Shown in pieces: positions 35,687 to 44,751 of a stretch of DNA of 64,000 bases. The DNA comes from Candidatus Babeliales bacterium. GTDB taxonomy: Bacteria; Babelota; Babeliae; Babelales; RVW-14. A program made the translations under genes and the position numbers. Below the pieces are notes generated by a model that did not search any database, was not told the origin of the DNA, and saw only the letters and a list, made by a program, of their open reading frames with translations. Each line of letters begins with the position of its first letter. Position 1 is the stretch's first letter. The DNA is taken from assembly GCA_019746485.1 (NCBI GenBank), contig JAIERW010000005.1, positions 15,078 to 79,077 on the forward strand. The letters are read 5' to 3'.

Positions 35687-35813
35687 GTTGCCTAAAAAAA
35701 GCTCTTTTTGAACTGAATAATGTTGAAACTTGTAACCAATTTTAAATCAGTGTACATTCGTACAATCCCAAAGAAAGCTTCACATTTTAAAGAATCTATG
35801 GTGGTAATACGGT

Positions 35814-37640
35814 ATGGCTCACGCAACACAGCAAACACTTAACTTAGCACGCAAATGGCGTCCGCAAAACTTTTCGCAAGTAGTGGGACAAGATATTCCC
35901 ATTCGCATGCTCAAAAACAGCTTATACTTAAAAAAATACTTCCCCGTTTATTTGTTTGCTGGTCAACGCGGCTGTGGTAAAACATCAACCGCGCGCGTTT
36001 TTGCTGCAGCGCTCAATTGTCTTAAACTGCCTGCGTTTCAAGAACAGCCAACCAGCCAAGAGATTCCGTGCCTAGAATGTTCGTCATGCACGGCCATGAT
36101 GCGCGGCAACCACCCCGATTTTATTGAAATTGACGCAGCATCCAACACTGGTGTGGACAATGTCCGCCAAATTATTGAAACGGCTTCGTACGTTCCACTT
36201 TCTGGCCAAAAAAAAGTTTATCTGATTGACGAAGCACACATGCTCAGCAAAGCTGCATTTAACGCCTTTTTAAAAATTTTAGAAGAACCACCAGAAACGG
36301 TGCTCTTTATTTTAGCAACAACTGAATTACAAAAAATACCGGAAACGGTTTTGTCTCGTTGTTTTCAGCTTACCTTCCATCCAATCAACAGCATATTTTT
36401 AAAAGACCACCTGCGCACCATGTGCGAGCAAGAAAAAATTAGCATCGACGATGATGCACTACAACTTTTGGTTGAAGAAACAGGCGGCTGCGCGCGCGAT
36501 GCTATTAACCTGCTTGAGCAAGTACGCTTTTCTAGCGCGCACATTAACGCCGACCAGGTTTTACGCGTACTGGGCAAAGTAAGTAACACGGTTGGCCTAA
36601 CCCTTTTTGAACTGTTGCTAGACCGCAAGCCAGACCAAGTACTTACCTATTTGCACGAAATTTCATTTCAAAGTATTGCCCCGCTCACACTCTGGAATAT
36701 GCTTATTGCGCTGTGCCGCGCACTGCTGTGGGCAAAATACGGCGTTACCACCATCCCCAACTCATTCAGCAAAAATCTTGAAACCCTGCAAGCACTCGCA
36801 ACAAAATGTTCGCTCGGCAGACTTCATGGCATTATGCAGCTGATACTCAGCCAAGAAGCTTTGTTTCAGCAAACCAACCAAAAGCATACGTTTTTGGAAG
36901 TGGTCATGCTCCAAATTTGTGAGCAAACGGGTACGCCCAACGCGCCAGGCCAGCCCAAACAATACAACCCAAACAACGATAGCCCTGGTACCAGCACCCC
37001 GCCACCGGCCAAAATAACCAGCCCAACCCCTTCAGCCTTGCCAGCTCAAAGTGAGCAGCACATGCCAAAAGCAACCATTGAAAAAAGCGAAACCAAGCTG
37101 GTAGTAACCATTCCGGTTGACGATTCAGTAGAAAATAGCGAAAAATGGAAGGCCTTTGTAGAAAAGGTCTTGGCCAAAAGCGACGACCAGCTCCTCAACT
37201 CAATTTTAATGCAAACTCGCTTTTTGGGTAACGATAGTACCTCTGGCTCTATAACCATTAAATTGAGTAGCAACAGCAACTTTTTTAAAGAGAAAATTAA
37301 AGAAAGTGCGGCCATGTGGCAAGAGCACCTGAAGCAACATTTTGACCACTTTACCGGCTTCAACTTTGCCCATAATGCCGAGCCAGTAAGCCCAAAGCCT
37401 TCGCCGGCCGCTCAACCAACAATTGACCCGAGCAGCATTAAGCCGGCAGCCCCACGCCCAACCGCAAGTCAGGCCCCAAACACTCAGTACCGCACATTTA
37501 ATGCCCCGCCCAAAAAGCAAGGACCCGCTTTAGAGCCCTTTGACGTGCAGGACAAAGAGAAATGGCCCTTGGCAAACTTGCTTACTAGTCATTTTCCGGG
37601 TACAATAAAGAAGGCTGCAAAGCCTCTCATTAACTCTTAA
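35814..37640 (+). CDS. dnaX: DNA polymerase III subunit gamma/tau
   Basis: LARKWRPQNFSQVVGQD, Walker A GQRGCGKTSTARVFAAALNC, zinc module CLECSSC, Walker B YLIDEAHML, and SRC in ETVLSRCFQ. The C-terminal half is Pro-rich. Confidence 0.9.
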   Translation: MAHATQQTLNLARKWRPQNFSQVVGQDIPIRMLKNSLYLKKYFPVYLFAGQRGCGKTSTARVFAAALNCLKLPAFQEQPTSQEIPCLECSSCTAMMRGNHPDFIEIDAASNTGVDNVRQIIETASYVPLSGQKKVYLIDEAHMLSKAAFNAFLKILEEPPETVLFILATTELQKIPETVLSRCFQLTFHPINSIFLKDHLRTMCEQEKISIDDDALQLLVEETGGCARDAINLLEQVRFSSAHINADQVLRVLGKVSNTVGLTLFELLLDRKPDQVLTYLHEISFQSIAPLTLWNMLIALCRALLWAKYGVTTIPNSFSKNLETLQALATKCSLGRLHGIMQLILSQEALFQQTNQKHTFLEVVMLQICEQTGTPNAPGQPKQYNPNNDSPGTSTPPPAKITSPTPSALPAQSEQHMPKATIEKSETKLVVTIPVDDSVENSEKWKAFVEKVLAKSDDQLLNSILMQTRFLGNDSTSGSITIKLSSNSNFFKEKIKESAAMWQEHLKQHFDHFTGFNFAHNAEPVSPKPSPAAQPTIDPSSIKPAAPRPTASQAPNTQYRTFNAPPKKQGPALEPFDVQDKEKWPLANLLTSHFPGTIKKAAKPLINS

Positions 37641-37680
37641 ATTACATTCCGAACCAAAAGCAGTAAGGACCCGGTAAGCA

Positions 37681-39009
37681 ATGAATAAAAAGGTAAAGTA
37701 CCCAACGGTTGTATTAGTTGGTAGAACAAATGTTGGTAAATCAACATTATTTAACCGCCTTGCAAGCGAACAAAAAAGTATTGTATTTGAACGCGAAGGC
37801 GTAACCCGCGACTACATCGAAGAAAAAATTACGTGGGCCGACAAAACCTTTAAAATCATTGATACCGGTGGTTTTGAGTTTAAACGAAACATGACCGAGA
37901 TCGAAACACGCGTACAAGAAAAAGTATTGCGCTTGCTGGACAACGCGTCACTTCTTTTATTTGTGTGCGATGGTAAAAACGGTTTAACTCAGGGCGACCT
38001 GCACATTGCCAAAATTTTACACAGAACCAGAAAGCCGGTTATCGTTGTCGTTAACAAAGCAGACAACAAACGGGCACTTGAAGACAATGCCGCAGAATTT
38101 TACTCATTAAGCTTTGAAGAGATTCTTAACGTTTCCAGCATTCACGGAACCGGTATTGGCAGACTTCTTGAACGCATTACCGACATTGTGCCACAACCAA
38201 CAACTATTGAAGGCGAAGTACCTCAGTACAAAATGGTAATTGTTGGCAAGCCCAACGTTGGTAAATCGTCACTCATGAACCTACTACTTAACCAAGAACG
38301 CTCTATTGTTTCAGAAGTTGCCGGCACCACACGTGAACCGATTACTGAAATGTTGCAGCGCGCCGACGAGTTGATCCAACTTGTTGATACCGCGGGCGTT
38401 CGTAAAAAAAGCCGCGTTGACGATGAACTAGAACAGCTCATGGTTAAAAGCTCGCTGGAAGCAATTCGCGAAGCAGACGTGGTACTCTTGATGATCGATG
38501 CTTCACAAGGCAAAATATCTGACCAAGAACTGAAATTGCTCTTTTACGTTTACGAAGTCAACAAGCCAGTTTTAGTGCTCTACAACAAAACTGACTTAAT
38601 TAAAGAAGACGACTACACCAAAGCACAGCTTAAAAGTAGTTTGGACGAATATAACTTCGTCTTAAAAAAGACACCTCAAATTAATATCTCGTGTCTTTCA
38701 AGGAAAAACGTAAGCAAAGTTATTGACCAAGTTAACTCACTGGTCAAGCGCTGCGCACAAAGCTTTAACTCAAGCGAACTTGATGAATTGGTAAAACAAA
38801 CATTAACAACCAAGCCGATGTACCACAAACGCATCTTGCTACGCCTGTTCAAAATTCGTAACGTTCCTGCACAAATCCCAACCTTTGTTTTGCATGTAAA
38901 CTACCCAGAATTTTTTGGACCATCACAACTTGGCTTTATCGAAAATATTATTCGATCACATTACGATATTAAAGGCTGCCCAGTTCAGTTTAGTGTACGA
39001 AAAGTATAG
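37681..39009 (+). CDS. der: ribosome-associated GTPase Der (EngA), two G domains plus KH-like domain
   Basis: G1 motifs VVLVGRTNVGKSTLFNRL and IVGKPNVGKSSLMNLLL, DTGG and DTAG, and NKAD and NKTD. Confidence 0.9.
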   Translation: MNKKVKYPTVVLVGRTNVGKSTLFNRLASEQKSIVFEREGVTRDYIEEKITWADKTFKIIDTGGFEFKRNMTEIETRVQEKVLRLLDNASLLLFVCDGKNGLTQGDLHIAKILHRTRKPVIVVVNKADNKRALEDNAAEFYSLSFEEILNVSSIHGTGIGRLLERITDIVPQPTTIEGEVPQYKMVIVGKPNVGKSSLMNLLLNQERSIVSEVAGTTREPITEMLQRADELIQLVDTAGVRKKSRVDDELEQLMVKSSLEAIREADVVLLMIDASQGKISDQELKLLFYVYEVNKPVLVLYNKTDLIKEDDYTKAQLKSSLDEYNFVLKKTPQINISCLSRKNVSKVIDQVNSLVKRCAQSFNSSELDELVKQTLTTKPMYHKRILLRLFKIRNVPAQIPTFVLHVNYPEFFGPSQLGFIENIIRSHYDIKGCPVQFSVRKV

Positions 39010-39012
39010 TTT

Positions 39013-39792
39013 ATGAGCCTGGCTCTTTCGGTCGTTTGTTTAAGCCAAACGTTGAGTAAGAAACAGATTTTACAAAACATTTCGTTTGCTGCACAAAGTG
39101 GTTTAGTTACCGTGCTCTTGGGCCCCAACGGCGCAGGCAAAACAACATTGCTGACTACCATTATGGGCCTGAACCCGGCACCAGCAGCCGACCAAAAGAA
39201 TCAGAAAAATATCATCTCTCTCAATCATGAAATTATCAACGGTTGGCGCATAGATCAACGCGTCAACCGTGGTCTTATCTACCTGCCTCAAAGCAGCTCA
39301 CTGTTTCAAGACATGTCGGTGCACGATAATCTGCAACTCGTTTTTGAATATCATGCTTTTTGGCACAAAAAAACCAAACAAGTTTTTTTTGCCGAACGCA
39401 ACATGTGGCTTGAGCGTACCCAGCTCACGCACAGCCTACAGCAAAAAGCAGGGGTACTTTCGGGCGGGCAAAAGCGCAAGCTTGAAGTGGTTCGCGCACT
39501 ACTTATGCACCCTGAGCTCATTTTATTGGACGAACCATTTGCTGGCGTTGATCCAAAGTCGATCTACGAACTAAAAAAGATATTTACAGATATGGCTCAA
39601 TCTGGTATTGGTATAGTACTTTCAGATCACCATGTTGACCAACTTTTGTCGATAGCCGATTTGGTTTACGTTGTAATGCAAGGCCATGTGGTAACATCGG
39701 GCACCATCAAAGAAATTCTTGCCAACAAAGATACTCAAGAACGCTATCTCGGCGATCAATTTTATAGCGAAATTGCAGAACGATTTTTATAA
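39013..39792 (+). CDS. lptB: ABC transporter ATP-binding protein, LptB-like
   Basis: Walker A LLGPNGAGKTTLL, signature LSGGQKRKLEVVRAL, Walker B LILLDEPFAGVDP and H-loop SDHH. The C-terminal ERYLGDQF resembles the LptB-specific tail, and it sits immediately upstream of hpf, as in lptB-(rpoN)-hpf clusters. Confidence 0.6.
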   Translation: MSLALSVVCLSQTLSKKQILQNISFAAQSGLVTVLLGPNGAGKTTLLTTIMGLNPAPAADQKNQKNIISLNHEIINGWRIDQRVNRGLIYLPQSSSLFQDMSVHDNLQLVFEYHAFWHKKTKQVFFAERNMWLERTQLTHSLQQKAGVLSGGQKRKLEVVRALLMHPELILLDEPFAGVDPKSIYELKKIFTDMAQSGIGIVLSDHHVDQLLSIADLVYVVMQGHVVTSGTIKEILANKDTQERYLGDQFYSEIAERFL

Positions 39793-39816
39793 AAAAGGTA
39801 AAGGGAGAAGGCAGCA

Positions 39817-40173
39817 ATGAATATCAAAATTTCATTTCAAAATATGGATCATTCCAATCCACTCGAAACTCACGCTCGTGAAAAATTGGCCAAACTTAAC
39901 GACATTTTAGAAAATGCAGAAAATCTCAATCCATTCAACATTGAGCTTCATTTACGCGCCAACAAACTCCACCCGCACCATGCGGCACATTTGCACGTTA
40001 AAACACCACGATTTGACTTAAACACGCAGGAAGAAGGTACCGATTTGTACGTGGTTGTTGATGACACTATCGACAAAATGGTCGCACTACTCAAAAAAGA
40101 AAAAGACAAAAAAAACGACAAAGAACGCAAACACGAAAATGAGAAAAATAAGTTTGGATCAGACAAATATTAG
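39817..40173 (+). CDS. hpf: ribosome hibernation-promoting factor / RaiA family (short form)
   Basis: MNIKISFQNMDHSNPLETHAREKLAKL... and DLYVVVDDTIDKMVALLKKEKDK are typical of the sigma-54 modulation protein/S30EA family. 118 aa. Confidence 0.75.
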   Translation: MNIKISFQNMDHSNPLETHAREKLAKLNDILENAENLNPFNIELHLRANKLHPHHAAHLHVKTPRFDLNTQEEGTDLYVVVDDTIDKMVALLKKEKDKKNDKERKHENEKNKFGSDKY

Positions 40174-40240
40174 CCCTTCGATACATTTTTCCTACGGAAA
40201 AACACTCAGGGTGAGCGGGGAAAAATTTTTAGATCGCTCG

Positions 40241-40271
40241 TCCCGAGTGCCCGCAGGGTGTATCGAGGGAA
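40241..40271. repeat. short copy of the GC-rich repeat seen at 30654-30715
   Basis: tcccgagtgcccgcagggtgtatcgagggaa is identical to the two arms of the 30654 copy. It lies between convergent hpf and the 40272 gene. Confidence 0.6.
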
Positions 40272-41240
40272 CTAAAATCTACCATAAACCAACAAAGCCT
40301 TGACCAGCAACGGAAAAACACCCATTAGCAAGCATGCCCCAACGCCCGTGCGCACCGCAGACCACAACACAGGCAGTTTTGATGACGGCCGCAAAAAGAA
40401 TAAGCCTAACAACAAAAACGTTGTTGCTTCAAAAACAAAAAATAAGCTTCGCGGCGCAAACTTCATACTCAAAATGATGCAACAAACTAATGCAACCAGA
40501 CGTAGTTCGCGCAGCCAAAAGATTGAATACTGAGTGGTAGTGGCAAACCAAAGACCAAGCGAAATACCCACTACCACCAGCACCATTAAGCAATAAATGA
40601 CCCAAAACCAATAATCTTTCAAAAAATCCCCCAGCGCATAGCGCACCTGAGCCAAAACCCGAGCAAACGGGTCTAAAAAGAAGAGCTCTTCTTCCGGCAC
40701 TTCAGCCAGACCAACAGAATCTGCAGGTGGCCCGCCCCACTCATGCCGCTCAGCAGCCAAGCTTTGATTTTGGCTACCTGCTGGCAGCTGGCCTGCCAAC
40801 GGCAACACCAAATAATTAAACTTATGCCGCCCCTGCCTATCTAAAGACAAAAGGCTCACATACAACTTTGCTTTTTTAAACCCAGAACCTAACCGCTTGG
40901 TCGAGCTTGAAAAAGTAAACCGTAGCGTCACATTCAACGGCCCCTGCAACACCTTTTTGTCGGCCCGCAGGGCGGCAATGTGACGCACCACCGGCTCACT
41001 GGCTACCTTAAAACCTTTCAGCACTACCCCCTCATAATCGAGCGAAAAGGATAGAGAATCGTAATAAACCACCTGATCGGGCAAAGGCAGGTTGATGCAC
41101 ATCTTAATCCGTTGCGTTGCAACAATACGCTTAAAATCACTCAAAAGCTCGCCGGTTGCACTACGCAAAAACGGACAAAAGAAAGCAAATAATAAAAAAA
41201 TGGCGGCCGGATAACTTTTTTTTATCATAAACTTTACCAA
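40272..41240 (-). CDS. hypothetical membrane protein (N-terminal signal, soluble beta-rich domain, about 4 C-terminal TM)
   Basis: 322 aa with signal AAIFLLFAFFCPFLRSA and C-terminal hydrophobic helices. No motif was recognised. Confidence 0.6.
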   Translation of the reverse strand: MVKFMIKKSYPAAIFLLFAFFCPFLRSATGELLSDFKRIVATQRIKMCINLPLPDQVVYYDSLSFSLDYEGVVLKGFKVASEPVVRHIAALRADKKVLQGPLNVTLRFTFSSSTKRLGSGFKKAKLYVSLLSLDRQGRHKFNYLVLPLAGQLPAGSQNQSLAAERHEWGGPPADSVGLAEVPEEELFFLDPFARVLAQVRYALGDFLKDYWFWVIYCLMVLVVVGISLGLWFATTTQYSIFWLRELRLVALVCCIILSMKFAPRSLFFVFEATTFLLLGLFFLRPSSKLPVLWSAVRTGVGACLLMGVFPLLVKALLVYGRF

Positions 41241-41317
41241 AACTATTTATTTTCTATTTGAAAATACTATACACTAAGGGTGTAGAAATCTGATTGAACT
41301 AAAATAAAGGACGTACC

Positions 41318-43018
41318 ATGAGATTTATGCGCAAACGTAAAACACTTCTTACTACCTGGCTGCTGCTTGTTTGCAGCATAGCTAATCTTATGTCGCTCAA
41401 CCAAGACCTCGTCCAAAAAAGACCAAAACTAACCATTATCATGGTAGTTGACCAGTTTGCACACCACTACATCCAAAAGCTCAGACCCCACCTAAACCAC
41501 GGGATCAAGATGCTTCTTGAGCAAGGCGTTTGTTATGAAAATGCCTGCCACCCCCACGCCATTCCTGAAACCTGCCCAGGCCACAGCTCGTTGAGCACCG
41601 GAACCGTGCCTACCTACCACGGCGTTACCGGCAACCGCTGGTACAACCAAGACGGCAAACCAGTAGAATTTATTGAAGATGAAGGCAGAGCCTGCAGTGC
41701 CGAAGTTTTTAGAGATCAAGAAACAACGTATGATGACCATCAACGCTCTTCAAGCCACATCATGGTCGACGCTTTTGCCGATCAATTTGTACTTTCGTCG
41801 CCACAAGAAAAACGCAATATTGCTATCTCGCTTTCCATAAAATCAAAGGCTGCCATGGCTACCGCTAACCGCATGGGCAAAGCAATTTGGTTTGACGATA
41901 AAACCGGCCGCTTTACCTCAAGCAAACATTATTACAACAAACTGCCCAACTGGCTTGAAGAGTTTAACGAACAAAAGGCGCCCACCAAGCTTGAAAACGT
42001 TCGCTGGGAAACGCTTTACCCACGCACCAGCGCAGCGTATGATTTTCCGCACATTGATAACTATGATTATGCGGCATTAGATTTTCCATTAATTTCAGAA
42101 AAACCAATTCCTATCGATCGCGATAACGAATGCCCGTACGATCTTTACAACAAAACACCCCACTCAAACCAGCTTCTGTTTGATTTAGCAAAAAAATGTA
42201 TCGACAGCACCATCGCCCCCAACGCGCCCAACGATATGGTTATGTGGCTGTGCTTGAGCAGCCTTGATTTACTTGGCCATTATTATGGCCCAGACAGCTT
42301 GGAAGCGATAGACATGGTGTACCATTTAGACCAACAAATTAAAGAGTTTATGTTATATGCACAATACAAAATGGGTAAGTCGAACGTGCTCTTTGCACTA
42401 ACCGGCGACCACGGCATACAACCAATTCAAGAGCTTTCATACAAAAAAGGCATTACGCAGGCCCAGCGCGTTATGGTTCAGCCATTGATTGAAAAAATGA
42501 ATGAGTTTATTGAAGAAAAGTACGATCTTAAAAATGCAGTACAAACATTTGAATCAACCTACTTTGTAATGAACAAACAACAAATGGCAACCAAAAATAC
42601 TGAAGAACAAGCAGCTATCTTGACTGATCTTAAAGACATGTTACTTCAAGAAGCGTCAATCAAGCGCGTGTGGACGCGCGACGAGCTGCACAAAGCAACG
42701 TTTCGTACACAAGATGTTGAAAGCTATTACAAGAACCATTTGTACGACTCGCGCCTGGGCGAGCTGATTATCATGCCACAACCTTACTGCCTGCTCACAC
42801 GTTATCCAAAAGGCTGCTCGCACAATACGCCCTACGACTACGACACACACGTACCGCTTATTGTGTATCAGCACGGGCGCTTTGCGCCAAAAACAATCAC
42901 GCAAAAAGTTTTAATACCACAACTGCCCACCACGCTTTCGTATCTTTTGGGCGTTGTGCAACCATCTGCCGGCACCTTTCCTGTGCTGCCAGGCATTTTT
43001 GACGAGGAAAGCCCATGA
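41318..43018 (+). CDS. alkaline-phosphatase superfamily protein, nucleotide pyrophosphatase/phosphodiesterase (NPP)-like, secreted, copy 1
   Basis: Signal LLTTWLLLVCSIANLMS. VVDQFAHHY; metal/nucleophile region PETCPGHSSLSTGTVPTYHGVTGNRWY (T.P.H..l.TG..P..HG...N); LDLLGHYYGP; LTGDHG; HNTPYDYDTHVPLIVY. Confidence 0.7.
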   Translation: MRFMRKRKTLLTTWLLLVCSIANLMSLNQDLVQKRPKLTIIMVVDQFAHHYIQKLRPHLNHGIKMLLEQGVCYENACHPHAIPETCPGHSSLSTGTVPTYHGVTGNRWYNQDGKPVEFIEDEGRACSAEVFRDQETTYDDHQRSSSHIMVDAFADQFVLSSPQEKRNIAISLSIKSKAAMATANRMGKAIWFDDKTGRFTSSKHYYNKLPNWLEEFNEQKAPTKLENVRWETLYPRTSAAYDFPHIDNYDYAALDFPLISEKPIPIDRDNECPYDLYNKTPHSNQLLFDLAKKCIDSTIAPNAPNDMVMWLCLSSLDLLGHYYGPDSLEAIDMVYHLDQQIKEFMLYAQYKMGKSNVLFALTGDHGIQPIQELSYKKGITQAQRVMVQPLIEKMNEFIEEKYDLKNAVQTFESTYFVMNKQQMATKNTEEQAAILTDLKDMLLQEASIKRVWTRDELHKATFRTQDVESYYKNHLYDSRLGELIIMPQPYCLLTRYPKGCSHNTPYDYDTHVPLIVYQHGRFAPKTITQKVLIPQLPTTLSYLLGVVQPSAGTFPVLPGIFDEESP

Positions 43019-44727
43019 TTAAAAAAATAGCCAAAAGCCTGGCAGCAATTTTTGTGATTAGCATACTGCTGGCATACGTGCGCCCCTCGAGTGAGCTCGG
43101 GACTAAAGGCGAGGTTAAGGTAGCAAAACCAAAAATCGTTCTCGTTTTTGTAGTCGACCAATTTGCCCATCACTACCTGGCTATGCTCAGGCCTTACTTG
43201 AACTTTGGTTTAAAAAAGCTTGTTGAAGACGGCATAAATTTTGAGCGCGCCAACCATCCGCACGGCGCACCGGCAACCGCAACCGGCCACGCTACCTTGA
43301 GCACCGGCACCTGCGCCAAAGACCATGGCTACATTTTAAATGCCTGGGCCGACGGCAACGGTAAAAAGATTCGCGCAACGCAAGACGACGCCCAAACAGC
43401 AGCAGTGCTGGGCCGCAACGGACCTATGAACTATGGCGCTTCGCCAAAGCTTTTAATGGTAGACACACTTTCAGACCAACTGGTAGCACAATCTACACCC
43501 GAGCACAAAAATACCGTTTTCTCGCTCTCGTTTAAAACGCGCGCCGCCATTGCTATGGCAGGCAAGGGGGGGCATGCTATTTGGTTTAACGACGATGAAA
43601 ATATGTTTACCAGCAGCAAAGCATACTACCAAGAAATTCCTGAATGGGTGCAAGATTTTAATAAGCGCAACGACGTTGCAAAAATTAAAGAAATCGACTG
43701 GCAGTTATTCCATCCCGAAAATCATGAAATCTACGAGCAATTTGCCAACAAAGATTACCGCTTTGCCGGCACCACGCTCCGTCTGGCTGGCAATAAAACA
43801 GCCTTAAATTTTGGTCAACGCGAAAAGGCGGGAAAATATGATGATCAGCAATTATTTCAACGTACACCCATGGCCAACGGTATGCTCGCCGATTTAACCA
43901 AAGAATGTATTGATAAGCATTTTGAAAAAGACGGAAGTGAAACACTTTTTGTATGGGTTGGTTTTTCGGCACTGGACAAAATTGGCCACGTGTTTGGGCC
44001 CAACAGCTTAGAAATGATCGACACTATTTGTCATTTGGACAAACAAATTGAAGATTTAATGAACTACGCACAAAACAAAGCAGGCGCACACAATGCTCTT
44101 TTTGCTGTTTCAGGCGACCATGGCGTTTCACCAATTCCTGAGTTAATGCACGAGCGAGGCTTTGGGTTTGTCAGCCGCCTGCTCAATAAAGATTTAACCA
44201 ACGGTATGAACAACCTGATTGAAGAAAAGTATGGCATAAGCGGCATTGTAAAAACATTTAAAACGACCATGTTTTATCTCAACAAGCAAGCTCTGGCAAA
44301 AGTTGATCAAGAAAAACAGAACGCAATTATTGAAGATTTAAGAAATTATTTACAAGCGCAACCGGGCATGTGTAAAGTTTTTACAACAAAAGAATTAGTT
44401 GAGTCAACCTTTGACCCGACTTCGTTTGAATATTTGTATCAAAACCAAACGTATGTGGGCCGTACCGGCGACTTGATTTGCATGCCAAACATGTACTCAT
44501 TTATTGCCAAACGCGCCAACGGCACCTCGCACAAAACGCCGTACGACTACGACACACACGTGCCACTTATTTTGTATCAAGCAGGTTCACTTGAAAAGAA
44601 ACGGATTATTGAAAAGGTTTCTACAACACAACTAGCACCAACACTGGCCAAAATTTTGCAGATTAACAAGCCTTCGGCAGCAGCGCAGCAAGTACTACCA
44701 GGCATTTTTGAAGAAGAAGGAAATTAA
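43015..44727 (+). CDS. alkaline-phosphatase superfamily protein, NPP-like, secreted, copy 2
   Basis: A paralog of copy 1 with a 4-nt ATGA overlap. VVDQFAHHY, HGAPATATGHATLSTGTCAKDHGYILNAW, LDKIGHVFGP, VSGDHG, HKTPYDYDTHVPLILY. Confidence 0.7.
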   Translation: MIKKIAKSLAAIFVISILLAYVRPSSELGTKGEVKVAKPKIVLVFVVDQFAHHYLAMLRPYLNFGLKKLVEDGINFERANHPHGAPATATGHATLSTGTCAKDHGYILNAWADGNGKKIRATQDDAQTAAVLGRNGPMNYGASPKLLMVDTLSDQLVAQSTPEHKNTVFSLSFKTRAAIAMAGKGGHAIWFNDDENMFTSSKAYYQEIPEWVQDFNKRNDVAKIKEIDWQLFHPENHEIYEQFANKDYRFAGTTLRLAGNKTALNFGQREKAGKYDDQQLFQRTPMANGMLADLTKECIDKHFEKDGSETLFVWVGFSALDKIGHVFGPNSLEMIDTICHLDKQIEDLMNYAQNKAGAHNALFAVSGDHGVSPIPELMHERGFGFVSRLLNKDLTNGMNNLIEEKYGISGIVKTFKTTMFYLNKQALAKVDQEKQNAIIEDLRNYLQAQPGMCKVFTTKELVESTFDPTSFEYLYQNQTYVGRTGDLICMPNMYSFIAKRANGTSHKTPYDYDTHVPLILYQAGSLEKKRIIEKVSTTQLAPTLAKILQINKPSAAAQQVLPGIFEEEGN

Positions 44728-44751
44728 CCCTCGACCATAACAGGAGTTTAT

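Noticed and set aside
36208-36216. A-run (aaaaaaaag) in dnaX as a possible gamma/tau programmed frameshift site
   Set aside because: It lies at about codon 131, inside the ATPase domain and far upstream of where the E. coli slippery site sits. A frameshift here would destroy the clamp-loader fold. It is probably just a Lys-Lys codon run.
40055-40303. 82-aa plus-strand ORF overlapping the end of hpf
   Set aside because: It overlaps hpf out of frame and then reads through the GC-rich repeat. It is a low-complexity K-rich translation of the hpf tail.
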